A DNA stretch of 63,450 nucleotides, filler included, from Octopus bimaculoides (lineage: Eukaryota), in the NCBI RefSeq assembly GCF_001194135.2. It is 5 parts of 5 records of this genome, joined end to end, with 100 filler letters (N's around TTAATTAATTAA, not from the genome) between each part and the next. Parts side by side here need not be neighbours in the genome. Positions count along the whole stretch, not along the records: positions 16,593 to 48,272 come from NC_069003.1; 4 more parts are not named here. One strand, 5' to 3'. Shown here piece by piece: positions 33,030 to 46,650 of the stretch (the first letter of the stretch is position 1; the number at the start of each line of letters is the position of its first letter). The notes beneath the pieces are model-generated. The model had not been told where the DNA came from and did not search any database. It was given only the letters and a program-made list of their open reading frames with translations. The position numbers and the translations under genes are program-made.

Positions 33030-35000
33030 ACCACCACCATCACCACCACCACCACCACAGCTACCACCAATACTACAACCAAAACCACCAGCAACAACAA
33101 TAACAACACAGCTACTAGCACCACCACCACCACCATGAATAATAACAACATGACTATGACCGCCACCCCTCGGGCTACCAATACCTCAATTACCATCAAC
33201 ACCACCATCGCTGTTATTAACAATGTCATCATGCATCATCATCATCATCATCATTGTAGTCATGATCATCATCATCATCATCACCATCCCCTTCATACTA
33301 TCCGCCACCACTCATACTATCGCTCCAGTCGTGCCACCACCACCACCGCCACCATTGAGAGTATCAACACCACCACCGCCTTTAAACAGCCCAACACCAT
33401 CATCGTCGATCACTCTACCTCATGTGTCAACTCCACCACCGCCGTGAACGCCAACGTCACCACCATCGTCAACACACCGACAAACAACACCACCATCACC
33501 ACCGTCGTCCTCATCATCGTAATCAACACGAGCAAAGCAGCACTACCACCGCAACCACTACCACCACCACTACCAGCGCCACCACTGTCACCACCACTAC
33601 CATCACCACCGCAAACACAACCACCAGTACCATCATCACCACTAACATCACCATCACCACCACCACCAGCTTCACCACCACAAGCAACCGTTATCGCCAT
33701 CACCACCACCAACGCCACCACTGCCACCACCATGATCGCCACGACCAACATCACCATCACTCCAAACATCACCCCCACCATCACCACCACCACCACCACT
33801 AGTATCACAAACACAACCACCATCTACGCCACCACCACCACCACCACCACCAATACCACCACCACCACCACCGCCTCCNNNNNNNNNNNNNNNNNNNNNN
33901 NNNNNNNNNNNNNNNNNNNNNNNNNNNNNNNNNNNNNNNNNNNNNNNNACCACCACCACCACCACCACCACCACCATTCAGAATCAATCACTCAGGCATT
34001 ATCGATTCATTAAATGCTATGAGCTACTAAGATGTGACTTTTAAATATCGAATTTTATCAAAGCAGTTAACGATTATCAAATACAAGAACAACAACTAGA
34101 ATAATATGAACAACAGCGATTTAAGAAAGCCATCAATAGCATCAACAACAACAATAATGAAAAAATAAAAAAAGCAAAAGCAAAAGCAAAAGGCGATAAT
34201 AACCACAACAACAATAACAATAACAATGTCAGGAAGAAGAACAGTGGAAGAGAAATAAATGGAGTGTAGCCATCAACCACGGCAACAACAACAAATTGAC
34301 AACAACAACAATGGCGACGAGAATAATGGAGGCCATAACTAACAAGAAAACCGCTCCGCGATATTAAGCAGGAACAAGAACGATAACTGCGATGGTGAGG
34401 AGAAAAACCGGCAACAACAGCAACAACAACAATAGCAGCAGCAACTGGAGCAGCAGCAGCAACAATTACAACAACGACAGCAACAGCAGCAGCAACAGTT
34501 AAAACAACGACAGCAACAGGAGCAGCAGCAACAACAGCAGCAACACTTACAACAACGACAGCAGTAGCAGCAACTGAAGCAGCAGCAGCAACAGTTATAA
34601 CAACGACAGCAACAGGAGCAGCAGCAGCAACAACAACGGCAGCAACAACAGCAACAGGAGCAGCAGCAGCAATTACAAGAAAGACAGCAAACACAGCAGC
34701 AACAATAACAACAACAAGAACAACAGCACCTCCAACAGCAACACGAGCAGCAACAACAACAGCAGCAGCAACTGCAACCAGAAAGCAAAAAGTGTGCAGC
34801 AACAACAACAGCGACAGTAGTAGCAGCAGCAGCAGCAACAAGGACAACAACAACAACAACGACAACGACAGCAGCAATAGCAACAACAACAACAGTAAAA
34901 GCAACAACAACCACACCGGCATCAGCAGGCTCAGCAATAACAACAGCAGCAGCAGAAGCAACAACAACAAAAACAATATACAAAAAACATATACAAAAAA
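33030..35000. repeat. Low-complexity CAC/CAT and CAA/CAG trinucleotide-derived region
   Basis: Directly visible; ORFs here are compositional. Confidence 0.9.
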
Positions 35001-35257
35001 CAGCCAAACTAACAATCGAACATACCTCCATCATCAGTTGCCCCACGGATATCATTATGGTTTTGACACCTAGGCAGTACCATTCAATCCGGCGGTGTCA
35101 GCAAACAAACCAAAGAAACCACAACTTTCAAACACATTTACCCTCGTTTTTATGTTTTCGTTTTTCGTTTCTCATTGTGTTTAACGTTTTTTTTATGTTC
35201 TGTACCCATATATGCATGTATGTATACATATAGATGTAGGTATGTACATATATGTAT

Positions 35258-35290
<33 letters not shown>

Positions 35291-35550
35291 NNNNNNNNNN
35301 NNNNNNNNNNNNNNNNNNNNNNNNNNNNNNNNNNNNNNNNNNNNNNNNNNNNNNNNNNNNNNNNNNNNNNNNNNNNNNNNNNNNNNNNNNNNNNNNNNNN
35401 NNNNNNNNNNNNNNNNNNNNNNNNNNNNNNNNNNNNNNNNNNNNNNNNNNNNNNNNNNNNNNNNCTCGTTTTTATGTTTTCGTTTTTCGTTTCTCATTGT
35501 GTTTAACGTTTTTTTTATGTTCTGTACCCATATATGCATGTATGTATACA

Positions 35551-35706
35551 GGATGGGCTTCTTTTCAGTTTCTGTCTACCAAATCCACTCACAAGACTTT
35601 GGTTGGCCCAAGGCTATTGTAGATGACACTCGTCCCAGGTGCCACGCAGTGTGACTGAACTCGGAACCATATGGTTGAGAAGGAACCTTCTTACCACACA
35701 GCCAAG
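35551..35706 (-). mobile_element. SINE family A head; empty-target paralogue
   Basis: Minus strand GGCTGTGTGGTAAGAAGGTTCCTTCTCAACCATATGGTTCCGAGTTCAGTC. Confidence 0.85.
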
Positions 35707-36504
35707 CGATACTTGTAGCGAACTTATAAAGTGATATTTAAGTATTCGACTATCAGAGCATTGCATCGTAAAGCAGAAACAACTGTAAGCTATTGAAATT
35801 CATGAAATAATAGCTTATTCGTTGTCATAACAATTTCTTACTAGCGATCTGCACTGGCTTGATGCTTCGTTCCGAACCATACGTTTACTGAGGTCTAAAA
35901 CTGGGTTATTAATATCGCAATGACTAAACGAAATGTTGGCTTTCAAAGTTTTGCAGAAATGGTTTTAAGTTATTGTACAAAGCCAGCTATTTGGTCCCCT
36001 TCCTCACACAAACAAAAAAGAATCTATGAGATAAAGAGAAAGAAAATTAGGTAAATAAATAGACTGACAACCTTTTTGTTTTCCGACTGGTCTATAGACA
36101 GCTGAAAATATATCAAGTGAATGAATGAGCCTCTAAATTGATGCTTGCCTGGCTTGAAACAGTCTCGAAATTCCCTGAAATTCCACAATAATCTGCTTAT
36201 TAAAGAAATATGTGTTTAGTGTATACACGAATTTATCTTCGGTAAACGAAAAGACAGAATGGAGATGCATGGAATGTATTTGATTAAACTCCTTCGGAGT
36301 CAGAGCTGATTTGATGTTACATGATAAGTGAATAGATAGATAGGTGTATAAATTGTTACCAAGGTTAAAAAGCTAGAAAGCTAAATAGGTAGAAAAAAAT
36401 CGCTGGATCAATAGGCTTGCTTGATAAATAGCTGGATAGGTAATTAGCTAACTACCTAGCTAGTTAAGTAGGGAGGTAGATCGATAGATAGCTAGCTAGC
36501 TAGC

Positions 36505-36505
<1 letters not shown>

Positions 36506-36586
<81 letters not shown>
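36506..36586. repeat. (GATA)n microsatellite
   Basis: Directly visible. Confidence 0.98.
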
Positions 36587-36587
<1 letters not shown>

Positions 36588-37515
36588 GTTCAGCGTGATT
36601 TCCAAGTATAATCTTATATGCGCCTGAAGTAAAAAGCATTTTTTAATAGTACGAAACCGAGGCTAGAAGATTACTGCTAAATTCAAACCACCTTCATTTT
36701 AATGTCGGCAAAGAATTTTTATAGATATTTTCACATCATCTTGGATTAAGTTATTATCGAATTTGTTAGAGTATCCTACAATCGGATAACTTAAGCATGC
36801 TATAAACGTAGTATAGTTATTAAATGCATGCTCGCGGGGAAAACGAAACGGAAAACCAGAAAAGACTACAGAAGCAAAGCAAAAATAAAACACACACTCG
36901 TACGCACAGAAACAAAATGAAAGATAAAGTAAAGCAGGAAAAACCTAAGATGGCTGCCATTCTTTATTTGATACATTAAACATTCGAAGCGATGGAGAAG
37001 GGAATTCGCAACCGTTTTAAAAAGGGGGAAGTCACATGTCACAAATGATGTTTGTCTTGAAGAACAGAATGTTTGCCTTAGCGTTGTATGTAATAAGTTA
37101 CAGTGAGAGAAAGTTACTGAGGATGTTTTTTTTTTTCAAACTGTTTTTCTTCCTTCCTTCCTTCGTTTCTTTCTTTCTTTCTTTCTTTCTTTCGTTCTTT
37201 CTTTCATTCTTTCTTTCTTTCTGTTAATGGCTTATAAAGAACGTTGTACGTAACACCTACATATACTTCCTTGATTCTCAGCATTAGAATTATGCACTTC
37301 CTGCCCGTATTTCTGTCTGTCTGTCCGTCTGACTGCCTGGCTGGCTGGCTGGTCGGCTGGTTAATTGGTCGATTTGTTGGTTGGTCGGTTGGTCAGTTGA
37401 TTGGTTGGTTGGTTAGTTGGCCGTTTAGCCGTTCGGTCGCTCGGTTGATAAATGGGTGAATGGAAGTGGGGTAGGATAAACGAATGAATGGATGGATAGA
37501 TGGAAAGACGAATGA

Positions 37516-37547
<32 letters not shown>

Positions 37548-37682
37548 ATGGATGGCTGTATGGATGGATGGATACGGTGCAGTTTCATTTCATCAGAGGG
37601 CCTCAGTTAAGAAATTATGTTATCGTAACTTACTGCTTTCTTTAAAACCACGGAGCACTCTACCAGAATTCAAACTGAAGTA

Positions 37683-37722
<40 letters not shown>

Positions 37723-38219
37723 CAAAGATTACTTTCACCTTTAATCAAATAGTGGCCAAATCACATCTCATCAGTTAGTGAGAAATTAAAAATTACAAGT
37801 GGGAAATTAAGAATAAAGAAAAGCGGCGTCATGAGAAAAACTTGCAAATTGTCAAAAAAAAAAATAAAACAAAAGAGAACAATGCTTTTACGAAGACCTT
37901 TTCTAATGTGGCAGCAGGGGTCTGTCTATTGAGGATGGTTTACCTGCTGCGAGAAAATCAAGCGAAGGTGATCTTAAATTCCCGCGGCGATATCCATAGT
38001 CACGATGAAGATGGGAAAGATGCGGAGGGTGACGACTGAGGACTGTGACGATTGCGTTGTAATTGATTGACCCAAAGGTGAAGTTGGTGTCAGTGTATAT
38101 GATGAGAACAGTGAGGAAATTGCTGCTACTGTGTGGGGGAGTGTGTGGGACACAGGGGGACGAAGAGGACGGGAAGGGCGTAAGGATTAATATAATATAA
38201 TAATATATATTCCCGTAAC

Positions 38220-38236
38220 TAGCAGCGGTGAATAAA

Positions 38237-38283
<47 letters not shown>

Positions 38284-39253
38284 TATATATNNNNNNNNNN
38301 NNNNNNNNNNNNNNNNNNNNNNNNNNNNNNNNNNNNNNNNNNNNNNNNNNNNNNNNNNNNNNNNNNNNNNNNNNNNNNNNNNNNNNNNNNNNNNNNNNAT
38401 ATAAACACCGACATGGCATTTTCGCATATATTTATCAAAATTACATAAAAGTGTCTTGAAATACTAAAAAGTAATTTTTTTCAATAAAATCGTCATTGGC
38501 TTCAACCATGGCTTCCAGACGACTTCGGATTCTCCTGCAACACTTCTGGACGGTCTCCTTGATTAAGTTGATGAATGCTGCCATAATCTTTGCCTTCAGT
38601 TCATTTTTGGTTGGTGTCACAAGGAGTTTTGTTGGTTTCTCGGTCAACTGCGGCCCACACATAATAATGAAAGAGAATGCAGTCTGGGGAGTTAGGTGGC
38701 CAAATCTTAGGGTTAATATGGTCTCAGAAATTGTTTGACAGCCATGACTGGGTTCAGCTGCTTATGTGGCATGGTGCAGAGTCCTGTTGCCAGACATAAA
38801 GTGCTCCAACAGCCACCCTCTTGACCCAAGGCAGCACTACCTCCATCAGGCATTTGATGTAGGCCTCCGTACTGAGTCTGAGACCGTATGGGAAGATGAA
38901 CGGACGTCGCCATCATTAGTAATCACACCAAACGCCGTGGTACATGTCCTCAGATTGCACTGCCATCAGATTGCACTTTCATCATATTGCACAGTCCTGA
39001 GATTGCACTGTCCTCAGATCGACACCCAAACACTCTGAAATGTTCATATTGGAGCTTCCGGCGCAAATGCCAAGTAGTACAGCATGTCGTTTTCAAATTT
39101 CTGGCAGAGGAAATTCTATCATGGTGCTGTTTTTCTCACAGATGTTGCCCAACTGACCCTACTATACTGTATAGTCGACAGCATCAAAAACAACCCATGC
39201 GCATACGCAAAATTAAAAATATAACATGGTGACGATTTACCCATCGCACGCTG
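38220..39253 (-). mobile_element. DD37D Tc1/mariner internal-deletion derivative
   Basis: 5' end CAGCGTGCGATGGGTAAATCGTCACC; WQQDSAPCH..37 aa..(D>H) including WPPNSPDC; RRIRSRLEAMVEA; TIR-like GCGGTGAATAAACTGT near 38225. Confidence 0.85.
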
Positions 39254-40019
39254 CATGTATGTGTATGTGTGCGTGTATATATGCTTGTACTAGAAAGAGA
39301 GAGAGTGAGGCAGACAGACAGACAGAGACAGAGAGAGGGAGAATAAATTTAAGTGAGAGAGAGAAACTGATGAGAGTAACTATGAAGAGTTATACATATT
39401 CTTTGGGCATTGAAAACTGTTCTACTAAGTAGAGTCATCTTCTTCGATGAAGTTCAGTCAAAAATCGAGTGTCAGCGGCTATCTACAACTTCTTATATCT
39501 TCTATTCAATAACCAATATTTATCACAGGAAACATTGAGACCGGAAAATTCCAATCAATTGAAAATTCGGTTAGCTGAGTATCAATTATTAATACTATTT
39601 ATATTACACACTAAATACATATGAATATAGCATTCAAATTTTTTTTTTTTTGCGCATATAACAATATGATAAATTATATATGTATGTGTAACATAACACC
39701 TGTCGAATTGAGCACTCCATGTTTAAAAAGATTCGCTCTATGAGTTGTACCTCTGTCTGTGTATATGTGTTTGTACGTGTATGGTGTGTGCACTATTATC
39801 TGTGCATATGCATCTATCTATCTATGTATATAGCTAGCTATTCATTTATCGATCTATCTGCCTGTCTGTCTACTTGTGTGTGTGTGTGTGCATATGTGTG
39901 TGTGTGTGTGTTTGTGCGTACGTGTATGGTTTGTGCACTATTATCTTTGCATATGCATATATCTATCTATCTATCTATCTATCCATCTATCCATTTATCT
40001 ATCTATCTGCCTGTCTATC

Positions 40020-40067
<48 letters not shown>

Positions 40068-41527
40068 TACGTATTCCTCGTTGGAAGCACACCGAGGTTT
40101 GAGATGGGGGGAAAATTCATTCGCAGTGAGCAAACAGATTTCAGAAAGAAGAAAGCTTACGGACAGAAGAGATATGTTTAAGCAAATAGAGAAATGAAAA
40201 CTNNNNNNNNNNNNNNNNNNNNNNNNNNNNNNNNNNNNNNNNNNNNNNNNNNNNNNNNNNNNNNNNNNNNNNNNNNNNNNNNNNNNNNNNNNNNNNNNNN
40301 NNNNNNNNNNNNNNNNNNNNNNNNNNNNNNNNNNNNNNNNNNNNNNNNNNNNNNNNNNNNNNNNNNNNNNNNNNNNNNNNNNNNNNNNNNNNNNNNNNNN
40401 NNNNNNNNNNNNNNNNNNNNNNNNNNNNNNNNNNNNNNNNNNNNNNNNNNNNNNNNNNNNNNNNNNNNNNNNNNNNNNNNNNNNNNNNNNNNNNNNNNNN
40501 NNNNNNNNNNNNNNNNNNNNNNNNNNNNNNNNNNNNNNNNNNNNNNNNNNNNNNNNNNNNNNNNNNNNNNNNNNNNNNNNNNNNNNNNNNNNNNNNNNNN
40601 NNNNNNNNNNNNNNNNNNNNNNNNNNNNNNNNNNNNNNNNNNNNNNNNNNNNNNNNNNNNNNNNNNNNNNNNNNNNNNNNNNNNNNNNNNNNNNNNNNNN
40701 NNNNNNNNNNNNNNNNNNNNNNNNNNNNNNNNNNNNNNNNNNNNNNNNNNNNNNNNNNNNNNNNNNNNNNNNNNNNNNNNNNNNNNNNNNNNNNNNNNNN
40801 NNNNNNNNNNNNNNNNNNNNNNNNNNNNNNNNNNNNNNNNNNNNNNNNNNNNNNNNNNNNNNNNNNNNNNNNNNNNNNNNNNNNNNNNNNNNNNNNNNNN
40901 NNNNNNNNNNNNNNNNNNNNTATATATATGCGAGCATGTATGTGTGTATGTATATATGTATGTATGTACGTATATATGCGTACATGTATGTATGTACGCA
41001 TATATGTATGTATGTATGTATGCATGTGTATGTGTTTGCTGTGCGTGTTTGTAGGTATGTGTCTATGTGTGGTTGTATGTATTTATGTTGTATTTGTTTA
41101 TGTCTGTATGGGTGTGTGTGTCTGTGTATGTGTACGTACATGTATGTATATATACGTACACACACACAGACCACATACACACACACGTAAACGCAAGAGC
41201 ACCTTCATAAGTACCTATAGAAATACATACACATCTTCAGGTACACATAGTCTACAAAGACAATGTGTTGTCGACAGTTTCATTGATGCATACATGGTCG
41301 ATTATGTATTCAAATGTGCGTATGTATCGATAGGAAACAATGTTCCACTTGCTTACGGAAAACGACTTCTCGGCCGGATTCCAAAGGTGAGAGGAAACTT
41401 TTGGTTTGGGGTGTTGCTGCGCAAGGTAACTACTTCGAAGGAGATGAAGTTAAAACTTAGGTAAATAAGTTATTTTTTAGAAAATTACAAATTTTAAATC
41501 TCACAACGAAAGATATTTAGCAACAGT

Positions 41528-41827
41528 AATTTGTAGTAAAGATTGTTTGCCAACATAACATAACAGTCCTTGTTTAGGACGAATGTTGTTGTAATTAAGC
41601 CCCAGGAGACATCTGTGTCCTTATATTTTCAAATAAGGGAATCTAGCACCCCTACTCAGCTCAAAACAATATCTGTGTATCACAATTTCCTTGTTCGAAA
41701 ATATAAGGACACAGATTGTTTCGTAATGCCGGCTGGAGACGATGTCTCCTGGGACTAAATTACAGCAACATTCGTCCTAAACCAGGACTGCCTTGTTATG
41801 TTGGCAAACAATCTTTACTACAAGTTA
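41528..41827. mobile_element. MITE with ~85-bp terminal inverted repeats, probably TA-flanked
   Basis: 41531-41613 is the reverse complement of 41742-41823 at roughly 90% identity by eye. Confidence 0.85.
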
Positions 41828-41943
41828 TTTTTTTATTAAGCATAATTAGCCCAGGACCCTTTTAATACCACCTCATATCTGTCCTAAAATGTGAAACCGC
41901 TGTTTTTATTATTATTACACCACCACCACCAACACCACCACCA

Positions 41944-41978
<35 letters not shown>

Positions 41979-43554
41979 CGGTGACGGAGATCAGCACCAT
42001 ACTATGATGATCACCATCTCCACCACCACCGCCACCGCTACTACCGTCATAACAATTGCCACAACCACCATCCCCACCGGCACCACCACCAACGAAACAA
42101 TTTACACCACAACTTATGCTGCCACAACTGAGCTTCTCCACCGACACAAGGGGGACATCAACATGGACTACGCCGCCGCCATAATTACAGTCATCATCGC
42201 CGCCGCCACCACCACCATCCACCACCACCACCACCACCACNNNNNNNNNNNNNNNNNNNNNNNNNNNNNNNNNNNNNNNNNNNNNNNNNNNNNNNNNNNN
42301 NNNNNNNNNNNNNNNNNNNNNNNNNNNNNNNNNNNNNNNNNNNNNNNNNNNNNNNNNNNNNNNNNNNNNNNNNNNNNNNNNNNNNNNNNNNCGGAATGTA
42401 ATTACATTGTCAAAAATTCGCAGAAGAGGGGAAAAGTTAAAAATAGACAAAAATCAAATATGGCGGAATTGAAGCGCGGGAAAAAATAGCTTCAGTGTGG
42501 CTGAGGAATTAATTGTAAATGTCTGCGTCAAAGACGTCGAACTGGGCTACAACAACAACAACAACAACAACAACAACGATAACAATGGTAGCAGCATCAG
42601 CAGAAGCAGCAGCAGCACCATTGGTAGCAGTTTAAAGTGGACATTAACAACAGTCACAAGAACATTGATAGCATTATCATTTGCGTATCTTTCGAGTTAC
42701 CTGCATGCTTCTCTCTTTAAATGTTTCAATATGCGATGCATTGCGCCCCGCCGACAACTTATACATACATGCATACATATACACACACAAACACATACAT
42801 GCATACATGCATACCTGAATACACACATTATACACACACACACACACATGTGTGTGTGTGTGTGCGTATCGATCTACCAATTACAAGATCACACATCCCA
42901 TCGAAGTATATATAAGTATCCATCTCGTATCTATTTTCTACCTCCATACAGACACATACATACACACTCACACGGGCACACACACATAAACACACACACA
43001 TGTACCTGTGTGTGCGTGAATGTGGTTCTTTATATATATACAGATATTCACACATTCAAAAAACACACACACGTACATATATACTTATTCATGTATGTAT
43101 ATATATCTATATGCATATATATATATACNNNNNNNNNNNNNNNNNNNNNNNNNNNNNNNNNNNNNNNNNNNNNNNNNNNNNNNNNNNNNNNNNNNNNNNN
43201 NNNNNNNNNNNNNNNNNNNNNNNNNNNNNNNNNNNNNNNNNNNNNNNNNNNNNNNNNNNNNNNNNNNNNNNNNNNNNNNNNNNNNNNNNTATATATATAT
43301 ATATACATTTTTATATATGTGGGGGGGACGAGGTGCATGTGTGTGTATGGACAAATACATACACACAACTATGATAATGATATTTATATACTCCCAGTCC
43401 TGTAAATGCGTTACTATGTGCATGCATATGTGTGTGTGTGAGGTGTGTGTGTGAGGTGTGTGTGTGAGCGTAGTGTATATATATGTATGTGTGTGTGTGT
43501 GTAGGTTATGTTTCATCCATCTCAATAAGCTTGCATATCTGTCATATTACATAT

Positions 43555-43672
43555 CAGAATAAGTACCACGCCTACAAAAAATAGGTCCTTGGGTCGATTT
43601 CTTCAACTAGAACCCTTAAGGCTGAGCTCCGGCATGGCCACAATCAAGTGACTGAAACAAGTAAAAGAATAA
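43555..43672 (+). mobile_element. SINE body module C, partial
   Basis: AGAATAAGTACCACGCCTAC...GCATGGCCACAATCAAGTGACTGAAACAAGTAAAAGA. Confidence 0.75.
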
Positions 43673-44247
43673 AATGTATATTATATGGGAAAATGCTAGC
43701 AAGAGAAATATTATTCTTAAGATTATAAACCCAGAAAAGTACAGGACAGGTTATTACAGGTGGTTAAGTACGGAACTTGAAAACTTTTACTTAAAATACT
43801 GCAGCTAAGGATAAAATTTCGTATAAAATATTTAGATTTAGAAAATATCAGCTTTTATTAAAACTAAAAATTTTTCACAATCATTACTCCTATTTGTTAT
43901 TACTTGTTACTTCTATTGAAAATAACAAGATTAAAACACTTTTTGCACTTAAAAAATATTCATTTTTTTAAAATTATTAATTAACAATTAGAAATTTGAA
44001 AATAGGTTATAAAAAATAAGAGTAGTACATAATTAGCTAGTACAATAAATAGAACAATATTTGATATCCAAGTTTGAAACACTTTCGTGGATGGATTTAA
44101 ATGAACGATTTTCATTCACTTTCTTCTCCTTGTTTGAATGTGCAAAATAGATCGACCTAAGAAGGTGCCTCAATTTAAGTTCCTAATTCAATCGAATCTT
44201 GATTATATTTTATGCGTATTAATGTATGTGTTATGTAAGTATAGGAG

Positions 44248-44575
44248 TGAAGGCGCGTGGCTCAGTGGTTAGGGCATTCGGCTCGCGATTGTAAGGCCGT
44301 GAGTTCAATTCCTGGCGACGCGTTGTTTCCTTGAGCAATACAGTTTATTTCACGTTGCTCCAGTCCACTCAGCTGGCAAAAATGAGTAGTACCTGTATTT
44401 CAAAGGACCGGCCTTGTCACATTCTGTGTCACGCTGAATCTCCCTGAGAACTACGATTAGGGTACACGTGTCTGTGGAGTGCTCAGCCACTTTCACGTTA
44501 ATTTCACGAGCAAGCTGTTCCATTGATCGTATCAGCTGGGACCCTCCTCGTCGTAACCGACGGAGTGCTCCTTTT
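44248..44575 (+). mobile_element. tRNA-derived SINE family D, full length, 12-bp TSD
   Basis: GTGGCTCAGTGG (A box), GAGTTCAATTCC (B box); TAAGTATAGGAG at 44236-44247 and 44576-44587. Confidence 0.9.
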
Positions 44576-44580
44576 TAAGT

Positions 44581-44750
44581 ATAGGAGCAGGCGAGGCTGT
44601 GTGGTAGGAGATTGCCTTCCAATTACATGGGTCCGGGTTGAGTCCCGTTGCGTGGCACCTTCGGCAAGTGTCGTTTACAATAGCCTCGGGCTAACCAAAG
44701 GCCCAGTGGGTGGATTTGGTATAAGGAAACAGAAAGAAGCCTGTCGTATA
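44581..44750 (+). mobile_element. SINE family A head; diverged empty-target paralogue
   Basis: GGCTGTGTGGTAGGAGATTGCCTTCCAATTACATGGGTCCGGGTTGAGTCCC...GAAAGAAGCCTGTCG(TA)n. Confidence 0.85.
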
Positions 44751-44761
44751 TATACATGTAC

Positions 44762-44836
<75 letters not shown>

Positions 44837-45048
44837 TAGATAGATATATTGAACTTTGGGGAGGGGGCATTATGCCAATAATAATAATAAACACGCACTG
44901 TTTCTGTCCTTTCTTGTCATTGTTAGTTAATGGGTTAGTTACTCCGTTAAGTTAACCAGTTTATCTGTGTGACCAAAGTGTTTAACATATGAGTCTGAAA
45001 AACTAGTAAAAACGGTAAATCGCTAAATACACACACAAACACACACAC

Positions 45049-45090
<42 letters not shown>

Positions 45091-45498
45091 GCATGCATGT
45101 GTGTATGTACGTGTGTATATAATCACTGGCAATAGTAAAGTCACACGATGGAAAAGTGGCTTCGAGACCTCTTTAAATTCGAATTTCGCAAAGTGGTTTA
45201 GACTTGTCACATGAGATTGACTCATACAATAGAGTATTAATGTAATGATTTCCGAAAGTACATCAGACTGCAGTACGTTTCCAGAAATGCATTGTCTTCG
45301 GCAATNNNNNNNNNNNNNNNNNNNNNNNNNNNNNNNNNNNNNNNNNNNNNNNNNNNNNNNNNNNNNNNNNNNNNNNNNNNNNNNNNNNNNNNNNNNNNNN
45401 NNNNNNNNNNNNNNNNNNNNNNNNNNNNNNNNNNNNNNNNNNNNNNNNNNNNNNNNNNNNNNNNNNNNNNNNNNNNNNNNNNNNNNNNNNNNNNNNNN

Positions 45499-45537
<39 letters not shown>

Positions 45538-45539
45538 GA

Positions 45540-45573
<34 letters not shown>

Positions 45574-45717
45574 CAGATAGATATATTCATATATATTATA
45601 AACAATATATTCAAAAGCGAAATCGCAAGAATTCAATCCCTACTACCATCCACAACGGTCACTTTCAGAGCACTTGACCATTTAACATCCTACTATCATA
45701 GCACTCCCGTATTCTTC

Positions 45718-45749
<32 letters not shown>

Positions 45750-46609
45750 CTCTGCCAAAAATTCACAACGACCTCGAACCCACAAGAGTAAACAAGAGAG
45801 ACAGAGACAGCCAGAAACAAGGAAAATGCCCCTTGTATTTGACTACTATGCAAATATTCTTTTAAAATACTTTTCTTTTATTTTTGTCCAAAATTTAATT
45901 GTTTTCCAGACTTACAGTTGAAAATGTCTCAATGACCGAAACCGGTACTGAAATGTATTTTCTATAAAATTATTTTAGCTTTTTCTGCCTTGACGTATCT
46001 GTATTTGAAGTCACCTTCGGAGAGACTAATATTCCTTTTTGCTCGTTTCCCTTATTTAGCAGGACTTGGCTTCGTATAGCACTGAATCAGCCATGCATCC
46101 TTGGTCTAGTGGGCAACAATCTGGGGTCCTAAAGTTACACTCACATGTTTCAAATGCTGCTTGATCAATCTTCGGACAACAAGAACCCGTCAGCATTCTG
46201 TCAATGGTGTATTACAAAATCTAAGATTAGTTTAATACACGCTTTTTGTGCAGAAACCTATATATTATGCCTTTAATCGCATCACCGACTAATACATGAT
46301 ATGCAAATTAGCTTCGCTATTTCGGCTAACAACATAATTCTGATTGATTTATATAGTCATTGCTACAAACTTCTCTTCCTAAGCGAAAGATTGAAAGGTG
46401 GTTCTTTTCTGAAGAGTGACCAACCAGCCATGAAACGTTTCAGCACAATGTTCTTGTTTTTGTGTGAGCGAAGAGAATAACAACATACTTTCATTTTTGT
46501 TTAGTTTCCACAGTGTAGGTGTTGCAGAGTGTAACTTAACAGTAACATATATCTTAGATGTTCGAATACAAGATGTTTGTGCATAAAAGTCTTTAAATAG
46601 GTATGCATG

Positions 46610-46650
<41 letters not shown>

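Noticed and set aside
33135-34013. 292-aa His/Thr/Pro-rich ORF
   Set aside because: CAC/CAT trinucleotide low complexity spanning a gap; no domain.
35143-35548. Near-exact ~85-bp direct repeat on both sides of gap 35291-35464
   Set aside because: Most likely unmerged overlapping contig ends or haplotypes.
41330-41465. Exon-like segment with several donors
   Set aside because: One frame ends ...VAAQGNYFEGDEV..*, resembling a mariner transposase C-terminus, so a transposon remnant is more likely; too weak to annotate.
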